Source: a virus. From it: 64,000 bases of DNA. The DNA is taken from positions 1 to 64,000 of the IMG/VR virus record IMGVR_UViG_3300050821_006637, one strand, 5' to 3'. The translations under genes and the position numbers were made by a program. Positions 9,632 to 18,852 of this stretch are shown piece by piece; position 1 is the first letter of the stretch; the number at the start of each line of letters is the position of its first letter. The notes beneath the pieces are model-generated. The model did not search any database and had not been told where the DNA came from. It was given only the letters and a program-made list of their open reading frames with translations.

Positions 9632-10729
9632 ATGTTACTGGAACCAATCTATGGAATTGTCGTTTCGGACGGCTATGGGGATTTCTTAGATACATCTCTC
9701 TCCTATAATCGTCCGCTCTTTTCCAGATGCGTAGTCGTCACTTCTCCAAAGGATAAGGAAAGCCAACGAGTAGCAGGGAAACACAACTGCGAACTCGTCA
9801 TTACGGAGGATGGAGGGAAGACAGGTAGCACACACGATGCGATGCCAGAGTTTGGCGTAGACTCACCTATCACTCGTGCTTTCAATAAAGGGGCGATGAT
9901 AGAAAGAGGACTCCAACAACTTCCACAAAGAGGATGGAGGCTTCATTTTGATAGTGATGTCGTCTTTCCTGGCAATATCCGTCAAAGATTAGGTGATGCG
10001 GATTTAGACCCTTCCTGCATTTATGGCTGTGACAGAATGAATGTGCTGGGATGGGACGGATGGCAGAAACTCCTCGCCAGTGGATGGGCGAGTAAAGGCT
10101 TTGAACATCACCATTTCCTCACTCATTCCATTAATCGCCACGAAATCGGTTCACGTCTTATCTATGGCGACCAGGGTTGGGTTCCCATAGGTTTCTTTCA
10201 ACTTTGGCATTCTTCTGCAGAATATTCTGGTATTTATAGAACTCGTCCCTACCCTACTGGGAGCAATAACGCTGCACATGATGATGTTCAATTTGCATTA
10301 AGATTTGATAGAAAGAAAAGAATCTTCCTTCCCGAATTCATGGTCGCCCATCTCTGTACAGAAGATACATCGTACGGAAAGAATTGGAATGGAAGGATAA
10401 CGAAGAAATTCGGTCCACCGGATAAAAAGGAAGACCCGAGGAAAGAGAGTGGGAAGGCAGAGTTACAAATGACAAAGAAGCCTCTGCCACCAGAAGAAAA
10501 TACCTCCAACTCTCATTGCCAGGGAAGTGGTCCTGTCGGTCCTTTCCCCACTTGGGGTGAGTTGAAGATTCTTGCAAAGATACTTGGATGGCAATCTTCT
10601 ACTGTCGTCTTCCTGTTTCACATTACCTGGGGTAGGATAGAACAGGCTGCTCTAAAGCTCAAGTGGAATGATAATACACCCCTTACTATTGCGAACTTAA
10701 TAGCTCTATTTAGGGAAGTAGAGTCATGA
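9632..10729 (+). CDS. GT-A fold glycosyltransferase-like protein
   Basis: YGDFL..SL..N, VVVTSPKD, FNKGAMIERGL, WRLHFDSDVV (DxD), GFFQLWH, DVQFA motifs. Confidence 0.75.
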   Translation: MLLEPIYGIVVSDGYGDFLDTSLSYNRPLFSRCVVVTSPKDKESQRVAGKHNCELVITEDGGKTGSTHDAMPEFGVDSPITRAFNKGAMIERGLQQLPQRGWRLHFDSDVVFPGNIRQRLGDADLDPSCIYGCDRMNVLGWDGWQKLLASGWASKGFEHHHFLTHSINRHEIGSRLIYGDQGWVPIGFFQLWHSSAEYSGIYRTRPYPTGSNNAAHDDVQFALRFDRKKRIFLPEFMVAHLCTEDTSYGKNWNGRITKKFGPPDKKEDPRKESGKAELQMTKKPLPPEENTSNSHCQGSGPVGPFPTWGELKILAKILGWQSSTVVFLFHITWGRIEQAALKLKWNDNTPLTIANLIALFREVES

Positions 10730-10914
10730 AAGTAAGGATGAGGACGATGAAGATAGCAAATGACCACGCTCGTTTCTGTCGGGCGTGGAAATGGATGGTA
10801 GAGGTGGTGGGAGAGGAAGAGGCGGCGAGGATGAAGAATTCCGTGGTTCCCTGTCCTTCTTTGCTTCCATATTCTGTGTGTAATTCTGTACCGATGCCGA
10901 GGGGAGTTGGATAA
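10726..10914 (+). CDS. Hypothetical protein
   Basis: ATGA overlap with the upstream gene. Confidence 0.45.
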   Translation: MKVRMRTMKIANDHARFCRAWKWMVEVVGEEEAARMKNSVVPCPSLLPYSVCNSVPMPRGVG

Positions 10915-10928
10915 GGAGTAGACTAAAG

Positions 10929-11129
10929 ATGGGGATGGCAAGTAGACCGATAGATGGTGGACCATATACGGAAATCTGGGACAGAGCCTATGAAAAAGAT
11001 GCAGGCGGAATAACTAACCAGACAAAAGGTCTGGTTATAACTTTCTATCGTAATGGAGAATCCTTTGAAAGGATATCGTCTTTGGTAGGTGTTACTTTTG
11101 AAGAGATTGAGAAAATAGTAAACGAGTGA
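10929..11129 (+). CDS. Hypothetical protein, possible C-terminal HTH
   Basis: GGAG RBS; SFERISSLVGVTFEEIEKIV. Confidence 0.5.
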   Translation: MGMASRPIDGGPYTEIWDRAYEKDAGGITNQTKGLVITFYRNGESFERISSLVGVTFEEIEKIVNE

Positions 11130-11139
11130 GGAGACGCAG

Positions 11140-11544
11140 ATGCCGAAACTTTATTCCATTGATGTTGATGAGACGTTGGAGATAAGCAGAGGTCCTGTTT
11201 CCATCCAAAGTCTACGAGATTTGAAAGCGAGTGGACAGATAGTTGGGCTGTGCGGAAATTGGGCTCTCTTCTGTCAAAGAGTGCCCGATTGGCATAACAT
11301 AGTATCTTTCGTCAATTGTGGCTTAGTCCAGTTTGAGTATCAAGGACAGATTATTGGAGATAAGGCTTGGTTTCTGCGAAACCTGCAAACCTATGTAAGA
11401 GCGGATGAATATATTCACGTTGGAAATTGCCTTAATGAGAAGAACTCTTTAGGATTCATCTGTGGGAGTGACGATAAGGGAGCAGCGGAGAAGGCGGGAT
11501 GGAGATTCATTAAGGAAGATGACTTTGCCAAAGGAGTAAGATGA
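11140..11544 (+). CDS. HAD-superfamily hydrolase-like protein
   Basis: SIDVDETL motif I; HVGN...DDKGAAEKAGWRFI motif IV-like. Confidence 0.7.
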   Translation: MPKLYSIDVDETLEISRGPVSIQSLRDLKASGQIVGLCGNWALFCQRVPDWHNIVSFVNCGLVQFEYQGQIIGDKAWFLRNLQTYVRADEYIHVGNCLNEKNSLGFICGSDDKGAAEKAGWRFIKEDDFAKGVR

Positions 11545-11849
11545 AACTCGCCTCAATATCTGCGGAAGCCGTCGCCACTTGCCTCTGTTGCGGATGGGAA
11601 CAGAAGCCTCCTATGCTACGATTAGTTCACTCCACCAGAAAGAAAGAGGAAATACCCCTCTCCAAAAAGATAGAATTAGCAGAACAATCCGTTCTCGCTC
11701 ATCTGCGAGATGCACATGATAGGTTAATGTTGACGAAAGAAAAGATAGATTTGGGTGAAGAGGGGGTTAGGTTAGATTACCACGGAAGACGACCAGAGAA
11801 GAGTTTAGAGATTGCTTTAACGCGAGGCGGAAGGAAGTGGGGTAGATAA
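11541..11849 (+). CDS. Hypothetical protein with CxxC...HxxxxH
   Basis: ATGA overlap; CLCC and HLRDAH. Confidence 0.55.
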   Translation: MKLASISAEAVATCLCCGWEQKPPMLRLVHSTRKKEEIPLSKKIELAEQSVLAHLRDAHDRLMLTKEKIDLGEEGVRLDYHGRRPEKSLEIALTRGGRKWGR

Positions 11850-12508
11850 TGGCAGGAGAGATTCAATTTAGTTTCGTAACGAGCAAAGTAACATATGCAC
11901 TCGTCCGTAATACGAATGCCCTCATCTACTCCCCAGCATTCGGTGGCTTCTCTGGCTATTCCTCTCCACTTTATTCTGGCTACGCTATCCCTTGCACAGA
12001 GCAGGGAGCATCTGCCTATTATGTTGGAAACTTTCCTTCCGTTTCTCCAGGCGTCTACAACGTCGTTTCAAAGCAAGCCGTCACTGGTGTTCCACTTGAG
12101 TCAGACCCGACGACGGACGAAGGTGAAATAGAATGGGGTGGTAGTGGCGTCGTTCCCCTCGTCAATATCGCTGCTTCTGGTATCCCAGAAACCATCCAAC
12201 TGAGACGAAGTTGGATGGTGAGGAATTATCCTGTCTATCTTCGTAGCAGTGCAGATAATGTCAATCCGTTCGTTAGTGGCTCTGTTTCTGGGATGGTGAG
12301 CCAGGATGGAGGAAATGCGGTTTCCTTGCAGAGTGGGTCTTTTACACCAGTGATAGGAATCCCAGGGCTTTATAATTTGCAGAGCTTGACGAGTGGCGAT
12401 TTAAACGCCGGAACGATTACTCTATTATTCCAAGGAACCATCTCTGGTGGTGGTGTATCTTCTCCCCTAGTTCAATCTTTTGTCCTTCAAAACCAATCTG
12501 GTTCTTAG
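11849..12508 (+). CDS. Ser-Gly-enriched two-domain virion protein
   Basis: C-terminal half (SQDGG...GLYNL..LTSGDLN..TITLLF) resembles the N-terminal domain of 7441..9129 (SIDGA...GQYQANL..DVSG..ITFYF). Confidence 0.7.
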   Translation: MAGEIQFSFVTSKVTYALVRNTNALIYSPAFGGFSGYSSPLYSGYAIPCTEQGASAYYVGNFPSVSPGVYNVVSKQAVTGVPLESDPTTDEGEIEWGGSGVVPLVNIAASGIPETIQLRRSWMVRNYPVYLRSSADNVNPFVSGSVSGMVSQDGGNAVSLQSGSFTPVIGIPGLYNLQSLTSGDLNAGTITLLFQGTISGGGVSSPLVQSFVLQNQSGS

Positions 12509-12514
12509 GAGTGA

Positions 12515-12715
12515 GTGATGGAAATCTCATATGACCCGTTTCCTATGGCTCTTGGTGTAGTCAACTTCCCTGCCAATATCTATGTAGATGAGCCTCAAGT
12601 CGTCGGTCCGCAGCAGAACTTAGCGCAAGGGGACTACGATAATAGTATTCATATCCAAGGCTCTGCCGCTGGAATTAACATCTTCCCTCAACTATTGAGT
12701 TGGGGTGGAAACTAG
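12515..12715 (+). CDS. Hypothetical protein
   Basis: GGAG RBS, 66 aa. Confidence 0.5.
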   Translation: MMEISYDPFPMALGVVNFPANIYVDEPQVVGPQQNLAQGDYDNSIHIQGSAAGINIFPQLLSWGGN

Positions 12716-12953
12716 AAAGAGAAGAAAGATGTCCTCCTTCCAACTCGGTATCTATGGTGTTCCTCATCGGCGGAGAATTGTGCAGTCCTGTGGAGAAATA
12801 ACACAGCAGGAGGTGATTGGTACGTGCCCCATCTGTAGTTCTCCAATTCTAGCACCACGTCAAGTTGTCCCAAATCAACCGCCTTACGTTCGTTACACTT
12901 GTCAGTGCGCCCAGAGAAACAAAGATATTAGAAACTTGATGTTGACGAAGTAA
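12705..12953 (+). CDS. Small zinc-finger-like protein
   Basis: CPIC...CQC. Confidence 0.55.
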   Translation: METRKRRKMSSFQLGIYGVPHRRRIVQSCGEITQQEVIGTCPICSSPILAPRQVVPNQPPYVRYTCQCAQRNKDIRNLMLTK

Positions 12954-12987
12954 GAACTTGCGATTTTTATTTTCGCTCGCTAACCTC

Positions 12988-13010
12988 CGGTATATAGGAC
13001 GTATATACGT
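12988..13010 (+). promoter_or_regulatory. Putative operator/promoter: palindrome ACGTATATACGT plus GTATATA direct repeat
   Basis: Perfect 12-bp palindrome at 12999-13010 directly upstream of an RHH gene. Confidence 0.5.
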
Positions 13011-13022
13011 GGATAGCAAGCG

Positions 13023-13211
13023 ATGCCAAAGTTTCTCCTCAATCTTACCAGCGGACAATATAGTCAACTCCAGTGTCTTTCTCAACGATATGACATTCCA
13101 ATGGCTGTCTATGTGCGACAGGCATTGGATGAATATTTGATAAAGAAGCCTCAATTGCACTGGGTCGCTAGTGGTATGAGTTATGATGCGAGCATTGGGT
13201 ATGAACATTAG
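13023..13211 (+). CDS. Ribbon-helix-helix DNA-binding protein
   Basis: KFLLNL beta strand, QYSQLQCLS helix, PMAVYVRQALDEYL helix. Confidence 0.75.
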   Translation: MPKFLLNLTSGQYSQLQCLSQRYDIPMAVYVRQALDEYLIKKPQLHWVASGMSYDASIGYEH

Positions 13212-13213
13212 GA

Positions 13214-13567
13214 GTGGTGATGCCTAAGAAGAAATGGACTACTTACTACAAGTGGACGGATTACTATGGAGCCATTCGCAAAGTCACCTTCCACGTAGAT
13301 GAGGAGGGAAATTATAACGGCTTCTTGTGTGAAGATATTGGTGCTGGAATCTGTGGGATGGATGAGAGTAAATGGCCTCCTCCAGCGAATCATTACTGGG
13401 ATACAGAGGAAGAGGCACGGAAAGGAATCGTAGAGAATTTGAAGGAACTTTTATCTAAGGATAATGCCGTAGTAGAATGGATGAAGAATGCTATAAAAGA
13501 CCTGAAAGATAATCATATTTATCCTCTGGTACAGCGAATCAAAGAATTTGAGAAGAGAGCAAAATGA
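13214..13567 (+). CDS. Hypothetical protein
   Basis: GGAG RBS, 117 aa. Confidence 0.6.
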   Translation: MVMPKKKWTTYYKWTDYYGAIRKVTFHVDEEGNYNGFLCEDIGAGICGMDESKWPPPANHYWDTEEEARKGIVENLKELLSKDNAVVEWMKNAIKDLKDNHIYPLVQRIKEFEKRAK

Positions 13568-13845
13568 CCCCTCCTCGCACTCTTCGTCGCAAACTTCAAA
13601 AGAAGAAGAAGGCGAAGCCTTATAGGAAGTGCCCGAAGTGTGGGAAAAGAATGACGATGGATTTGTATACGGATGACACTGGTACTCCTAGGTTGTGGAA
13701 ATTGTGCATTGAATTAGGAGTCGTGGTCAAAGGTGAAAGACTTTGGGATTGTAATCGTGGTAGTTCTTGTGGATACAAAGAAGAACTCTTTTGGAAATCG
13801 CCGTGTGGTGGAATGGCAGACGCTTCTCTCACTAAGGAAACTTAG
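13564..13845 (+). CDS. Zinc-ribbon hypothetical protein
   Basis: CPKCG...C....SCGY; 3' end overlaps the tRNA-like element. Confidence 0.5.
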   Translation: MTPPRTLRRKLQKKKKAKPYRKCPKCGKRMTMDLYTDDTGTPRLWKLCIELGVVVKGERLWDCNRGSSCGYKEELFWKSPCGGMADASLTKET

Positions 13846-13914
13846 GCAGAGGGTAGGGAGAGACTCGGCATATGACGGGTCAATCCTGTGAGGGTTCAAA
13901 TCCCTCCACGGCGT
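13799..13914 (+). ncRNA. tRNA-like RNA (class II/Leu-like D and T arms) without a canonical anticodon loop
   Basis: Acceptor CGCCGTG/CACGGCG; D arm TGGTGGAATGGCAGACGC; T arm GAGGG-TTCAAAT-CCCTC; central 65 nt form longer stems including CTAAG-GAAA-CTTAG; no encoded CCA. Confidence 0.75.
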
Positions 13915-13944
13915 CTTTGGTTTAGAGTAAAGGGAGACGGAAGA

Positions 13945-14184
13945 ATGAAAGCGAAGCAATTAAGACAACTATTGGAGAGTGTGCCAGGTGATGAGGAGAT
14001 ATTTGTCAATATCAATCATCCTTATGACCATTCTGGCAGTTATTTAGAGTCTGTGAAAGAATTAGAGTGTCTGCCAGTCTATCACTCTTGCAACAGGGTC
14101 TGTGTCGCCAATGCACATATCTCAAAAGACCATATTCTTGGTTATTCTTGGATTCTTGTTACGATAGCCGGATTGGGAGACTAA
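13945..14184 (+). CDS. Hypothetical protein (MKAKQLRQLLESVPGDEEIFV)
   Basis: ATG 13945 after GGGAGA RBS; N-terminus of a type common in small phage proteins. Confidence 0.6.
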   Translation: MKAKQLRQLLESVPGDEEIFVNINHPYDHSGSYLESVKELECLPVYHSCNRVCVANAHISKDHILGYSWILVTIAGLGD

Positions 14185-14187
14185 GAG

Positions 14188-16020
14188 ATGAGTGGAAGCT
14201 GGGAGATTAAGGAGAGGCAGAAAGTCCTCCTCTGTACTATTCACACAGAGGCGACTTCTATCCACTGGGCTGCTGGATTCAAGAACCTCATCATTCCAGG
14301 TTCCTTCCACTTTGTGAGCGGAATGCCGTTTGACCACGCACGGAACGCTTGCGTCCAAACTCTTCTAAATTCTCCTTATGAGTATCTCTTCTTTTTAGAC
14401 AGCGATGTGATACCACCGCCCGATGCGATACTCCGTCTTCTGGCTCACAACCAACCGATTATGAGCGGAATGTATTGTCGTCGGTCACCTCCTCACTCCG
14501 TGCCTGTGATGATGAAGAATCATCAATGGGTGACGAAGTTTCCAATGGGTTCCGTGGTGGAGGTGGAATTGGTAGGAGCGGGGTGCTTGCTCGTTCATCG
14601 CTCTGTGTTTGAAAGAGTTCCAGCACAGAGACCGGGTAAGAATTGGTTTGATTGGCGGGTTGACCAAAAAGGACATATGCCCGACCCTCTGTGTTTGAGT
14701 GAAGATTACACTTGGTGTTTCCCCCCAAATACGTGGGTGATTGGGGACCATCCAAAGAAGATAGCTGATGTGAAGGTGGGAGACCGAGTTGTCACACATA
14801 CAGGTTCCACACGTAGAGTGCTGGACAGGAGCAGCCGACTTTATTCTGGAGATATGACACGTTTGCATGTTTGTTATCTTGGAAGGATAGAAGCAACGCC
14901 AAGTCATAAATTTTATGTGAGGACAACAAGGCCAGCAGGTAGAACTGTTAGGATTCCAGATTTTATGGCATGTTATATGGATGGAGTGCAGACAGTTGCA
15001 GAAGTCACTACCAAAAAGACGTTATGGGTCGAATCTAAGGATATCCAAGTTGGAGACTGGCTCTATGTTCCCAAGGTGTCGATTCGTAAAGGGGCGGGGT
15101 TAAAGACTACAAATCTTGGTCATCATATTAGTACACAGAAATTGATACAGTTCCCGGATGGATTATATGGATACAGTAGGACTAGGAAAACGGCGTTGCG
15201 GTTGCCTGGGAGATTGGAGATTACACCAAACTTGTGCCGTCTTCTTGGATACTATATTGCGGAAGGTATGTCAACAAAAACGTATGCAAGTTTTGGGTTC
15301 AATGCAAATGAGGAAAAGACGCTAGTTAAAGATACCCAAGAAATCTTATCTGAAGTATTCGGTGCTAAATCAAAATATTATGTAAAAGGGAATGGGATAA
15401 ATTTGTATGTCCCGTCCAAATTACTGGCTCGTTTGTTAGCGTCTCTGTGTGGTAACGGGTCTAGTAACAAACATCTCCCTAGATTCTGGCACAAGTTGAA
15501 TAGGGAATGTTTGACGGAACTTTTGAAAGGATATTGGTGGGGCGACGGGTGTTTTAGTGATGGTGGATTTTCGATGAGGACCATTTCAGAAAGATTAGCA
15601 AAGGAATTGCAAGCGGCATTTCTTCGTCTTGAAGTTTTGACTAGCATCTGTTACCAAAAGAGTCAGAATGCGTATGATCTTCTAGTTCCAGTAGAGTTAG
15701 GTATGCGATTCCGAAGCATTGTTGGATATTCTGGAAAGGTCACGTTGCCACAGAATCAGATATTTCGAGAAACTAATACACATTTTCTGGTGCGAGTCAA
15801 TAAGGTAGAAACTTTTGGTTATGAAGGGTTGGTGCATAATCTTAAAGTGGCTGGGGTTGAATCATATACGGCGAATGGAGCAGCAGTCCATAATTGCTAT
15901 CATGTAAGGCAACACGGCTATCGTATATTAGTAGATAGTTCGGTTCGCTGCCGTCACGTTGGGATGGCAGAGTTTGATTATGGCTCCGTCCTCCCAGCTC
16001 AAGTCCCTGCTGCTGCCTAA
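14188..16020 (+). CDS. GT-A (GT2-like) glycosyltransferase interrupted by an intein
   Basis: DHARN, YLFFLDSDV (DxD), VGAGCLLVHRSVFE, SEDYTW|intein|CYHVRQHGYRILVD..VRCRHVG; spliced product about 217 aa. Confidence 0.9.
   Translation: MSGSWEIKERQKVLLCTIHTEATSIHWAAGFKNLIIPGSFHFVSGMPFDHARNACVQTLLNSPYEYLFFLDSDVIPPPDAILRLLAHNQPIMSGMYCRRSPPHSVPVMMKNHQWVTKFPMGSVVEVELVGAGCLLVHRSVFERVPAQRPGKNWFDWRVDQKGHMPDPLCLSEDYTWCFPPNTWVIGDHPKKIADVKVGDRVVTHTGSTRRVLDRSSRLYSGDMTRLHVCYLGRIEATPSHKFYVRTTRPAGRTVRIPDFMACYMDGVQTVAEVTTKKTLWVESKDIQVGDWLYVPKVSIRKGAGLKTTNLGHHISTQKLIQFPDGLYGYSRTRKTALRLPGRLEITPNLCRLLGYYIAEGMSTKTYASFGFNANEEKTLVKDTQEILSEVFGAKSKYYVKGNGINLYVPSKLLARLLASLCGNGSSNKHLPRFWHKLNRECLTELLKGYWWGDGCFSDGGFSMRTISERLAKELQAAFLRLEVLTSICYQKSQNAYDLLVPVELGMRFRSIVGYSGKVTLPQNQIFRETNTHFLVRVNKVETFGYEGLVHNLKVAGVESYTANGAAVHNCYHVRQHGYRILVDSSVRCRHVGMAEFDYGSVLPAQVPAAA
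14716..15894 (+). mobile_element. Intein with LAGLIDADG homing endonuclease (393 aa)
   Basis: Block A CFPPNTWV, block B ATPSHKFY, LLGYYIAEG and LLKGYWWGDG, block F/G VHNLKV...YTANGAAVHN followed by Cys+1. Confidence 0.92.
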
Positions 16021-16034
16021 AATCTAAAAAGGAG

Positions 16035-16340
16035 ATGAAGATGTCCACGTCTGCCGAATTCCAAACTCTGTGCCAGGAACTCCTTAAGATGAATGAGGAG
16101 CATGAATTGCAGTATGATGTTGAACTAGAAGCAAGGAAAAAGAGGAATTATCTCCAGGATGAGATTACCAAAAAGGAGAAGGAACTCGCCGTCAGTGCCT
16201 TGGAACTAGGATGGGTGAGTAAAGAAGACGCTTTCAGTTCCAGGCTCCGTCTGCCTGATGGAAAGGTCTTGGACTTGAGACTAGCTGAGAATCGTTTGAT
16301 AGTGGAAGAACGTAGATTGATTGATTTAGGAGATAAATGA
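16035..16340 (+). CDS. Hypothetical coiled-coil protein
   Basis: AAGGAG RBS, 101 aa. Confidence 0.6.
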   Translation: MKMSTSAEFQTLCQELLKMNEEHELQYDVELEARKKRNYLQDEITKKEKELAVSALELGWVSKEDAFSSRLRLPDGKVLDLRLAENRLIVEERRLIDLGDK

Positions 16341-16654
16341 TGGAAGGTGTTCAAACTTTCGTTCACTTTGATTTGAAAGAACTTAAAGAATGTCTTGGGG
16401 ATGATAAGAAACTCCGTAATCTCATTAAGAGCAAACTTTGTGATATGGCGGAGATTTGTTTCCTGGAACCAGGGTTCGTCCTCCCCTTCGTGCCAGAAGT
16501 CCTTGACAAAGTAAAAGAGGAGATAGGGAAGATGAAGTTTGGACCGAGAGAATATTATCCTCTGGTACAGCATAATGAATTACGGATTCAGTTAACGATG
16601 CCGACGGCGGGGAAGGTCGGGGTTCTTTTCTGGGCAGCGAAAGTGGTCGTATAA
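16337..16654 (+). CDS. Hypothetical protein
   Basis: ATGA overlap, GGAG RBS. Confidence 0.6.
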   Translation: MMEGVQTFVHFDLKELKECLGDDKKLRNLIKSKLCDMAEICFLEPGFVLPFVPEVLDKVKEEIGKMKFGPREYYPLVQHNELRIQLTMPTAGKVGVLFWAAKVVV

Positions 16655-16671
16655 GGAGCAAATGATGGAAG

Positions 16672-16938
16672 TTGAAACACAACGAGAATTGGTTCTGTAT
16701 TATATACGTTACTTTTGGAACCACTTATCCGTTGACTTATGAATACGGAACTGCCAAAGGTGAGCGACAGGATATTGAACTTGCCTTGGTTCACAAGTTT
16801 CAACATCCATCATATAGAGAACAAGAAGGTTTCAGATATTGTGTCGCTACTAGGGAATGGAATGTCGGTCGTCGATTTGTGGAATGGGAATTAGGGTTTT
16901 CAAAGAAACCAGTGAAAGAATTGATGCAAGTATCATGA
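16672..16938 (+). CDS. Hypothetical protein (start uncertain)
   Basis: Fills the gap; the best RBS/ATG (16662) is in another frame. Confidence 0.4.
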   Translation: MKHNENWFCIIYVTFGTTYPLTYEYGTAKGERQDIELALVHKFQHPSYREQEGFRYCVATREWNVGRRFVEWELGFSKKPVKELMQVS

Positions 16939-17366
16939 ACGTTGACGAATACCTCAAAGCACGCACGGGTGAAGCTTCCAAATACTGGATGGACAGAGTC
17001 GGCTGTCTTATCGCCAGTCATACTGATGAAGAGACCAACGCCTCCCGTTGTGATGATTGGATGATGGATTTGTCTACTCTTCTGTGGAACAAAGTGAAAC
17101 CTCTTCCCTGTTACGACTGGTCTAAGCAGGATGAGAACATCGTCTGTGCCTCCCTCATGGGTCTTATCCTTACTCTTTGGTCTACACGAGTCATCCGTGC
17201 CAAGAGCTTTGACCCCAGACGTCCAGTGGAAGTAAGAAAAGGTATGATGAAACGATTGTGGGAATACCGAGATTTGAGCCATGAGGCAATGTGGGGTTCA
17301 AGCAAGGACAAAGAATTCTTTCCACTCCAAGAGTGGGAGTGTCCGTTCACTGGTGAAAAGATATGA
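16935..17366 (+). CDS. Hypothetical protein
   Basis: ATGA overlaps at both ends. Confidence 0.6.
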   Translation: MNVDEYLKARTGEASKYWMDRVGCLIASHTDEETNASRCDDWMMDLSTLLWNKVKPLPCYDWSKQDENIVCASLMGLILTLWSTRVIRAKSFDPRRPVEVRKGMMKRLWEYRDLSHEAMWGSSKDKEFFPLQEWECPFTGEKI

Positions 17367-18082
17367 AAAAAATTCTCTTCGTCTCCGTTCTATTCCTCTT
17401 CCCTTCGTCTCTCTTTGCAGAGACGATAGAGGAATGGACGAAACCATCTTCCGTTCGTGTCCGTAAGATGTACGGACGAAGTGCCGACTGCGGTTCTGGC
17501 ACTGTCGTCTATACGGATAAGAAAAGTTATCTGGTTCTCACCTGCTTCCACGTAGCACGACCAGATAAGCAAGGGACTCTTCAAGTCCAAGCCACAGATG
17601 AACGATGGCTACCAGCAGATATCGCTTCCCAGTGGCAAGGACATGACCTGGCTCTTCTCTATGTGAAAGACCCAGAGCACAAAGTCCTTGCGTCCAAAGT
17701 GGCAGATGCAGAAGACTATGAGAATGGGCTTCAAGTCTGCAAGTGTGGTTATCCAGGTGCGGGACCGAGGGATGTAAGAACAGGGACGAGTAGAGGCGAT
17801 AAGAGTATGGGAGAGGACACTTCCTGGGTGACTGTCAATTATTCCCTTCTCTCACGGAGTGGAGACTCCGGTGGTGGATTATTTAGACAGAGAGACCACG
17901 CTTTGATAGGAGTGGTATGGGGTGGAAGGGAAGACCTCCACCTCGCCTGTGCTACTCATGTAATGAGTATTCAAATGATGATGAGCAGTGCGAGGGAGAA
18001 CGGCTGGATAGTCACTCAAGGGGTCAAGAAGAAGCAGATAGTAAAGAAGCAGAAGCCCCCTCAATCTGTCCTTTCGAAGTAA
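17363..18082 (+). CDS. Secreted trypsin-like (S1) serine protease
   Basis: Signal peptide MKKILFVSVLFLFPSSLFA; triad motifs LTCFHV, DLALL, RSGDSGGGLF. Confidence 0.9.
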   Translation: MKKILFVSVLFLFPSSLFAETIEEWTKPSSVRVRKMYGRSADCGSGTVVYTDKKSYLVLTCFHVARPDKQGTLQVQATDERWLPADIASQWQGHDLALLYVKDPEHKVLASKVADAEDYENGLQVCKCGYPGAGPRDVRTGTSRGDKSMGEDTSWVTVNYSLLSRSGDSGGGLFRQRDHALIGVVWGGREDLHLACATHVMSIQMMMSSARENGWIVTQGVKKKQIVKKQKPPQSVLSK

Positions 18083-18093
18083 AGAGGTGATTT

Positions 18094-18357
18094 ATGTGTG
18101 TAGTGAGTATGGTGTATGATTACTATCAGGATAAATGGAAACAGCCATTCGTACTTCCAACTTATCCTTCTTGGATAGTTCCTCTTTCTATTCCTCCTCA
18201 ACTCACACCAGAAGAGTTGCAGGATTTACGGAAGTTATTAGAACGGGCTAAGAAGTACGATGAAGAGAACAACCAGAAGGATTGTGAGTTAGAGGAGAAG
18301 AAAAAGAAGTTGAGAGAATTGGCAGCAGAGTTAGGTGCCAAGGTAGATTTTCTATGA
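18094..18357 (+). CDS. Hypothetical protein
   Basis: GAGGTG RBS; MCVVSMVYDYY...AKKYDEENNQKDCE. Confidence 0.65.
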   Translation: MCVVSMVYDYYQDKWKQPFVLPTYPSWIVPLSIPPQLTPEELQDLRKLLERAKKYDEENNQKDCELEEKKKKLRELAAELGAKVDFL

Positions 18358-18632
18358 AGAAGATGAAATACTTTGCAAAGAAGGAGCCTTGGCTTCCAAA
18401 GGAAGGGCAGGTAGTTGCGGATGGAGGGATGTTTGAGGCTTGGTTTGCCCCAGGTACGGAGTGCTTTTTGATAGACGATTATCGCCCCCAATGGGATGCG
18501 GGTCTATTCCGTGGTCTCCGTATCTGTGAGAATCCAGAAGCAGAGTGCGGTCTGCCAGTAGGAACGCACAGAGAGAATGATGAAGAGATTTGTAGTTTTG
18601 ATGAGTTTGAGATAATAGAAATAGACGAGTGA
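18354..18632 (+). CDS. Hypothetical protein
   Basis: ATGA overlap. Confidence 0.6.
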   Translation: MKKMKYFAKKEPWLPKEGQVVADGGMFEAWFAPGTECFLIDDYRPQWDAGLFRGLRICENPEAECGLPVGTHRENDEEICSFDEFEIIEIDE

Positions 18633-18850
18633 TGGACGAAGAAATCTGGTATATGGATTGCTACTCCTTCCACGCTGCCTGTGGTGACCTTTTCCCTGTC
18701 CACTCTTACCACGGAAATGATTTGGAGTATTTGATGAAGAAGGGGAAGGAGTTGCTAGAGAGGGACTCAAGTGGCGTAGATAAGGTTTCCTTTGCTAGGA
18801 CGAGTGATGGTTGCAATCCAATAGAGATAGAGCAGGAGATAGAACCTTGA
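18629..18850 (+). CDS. Hypothetical protein
   Basis: GTGA overlap. Confidence 0.55.
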   Translation: MMDEEIWYMDCYSFHAACGDLFPVHSYHGNDLEYLMKKGKELLERDSSGVDKVSFARTSDGCNPIEIEQEIEP

Positions 18851-18852
18851 AG

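Noticed and set aside
13825-13863. Amber-suppressor (CTA) or Leu (TAA) tRNA with an intron
   Set aside because: Position 33 would not be U, no clear splice motif is visible, and these bases pair in the CTAAG/CTTAG stem.
17363-18082. Host assignment (for example Planctomycetota) from the protease style
   Set aside because: An impression only; it cannot be supported without searches.
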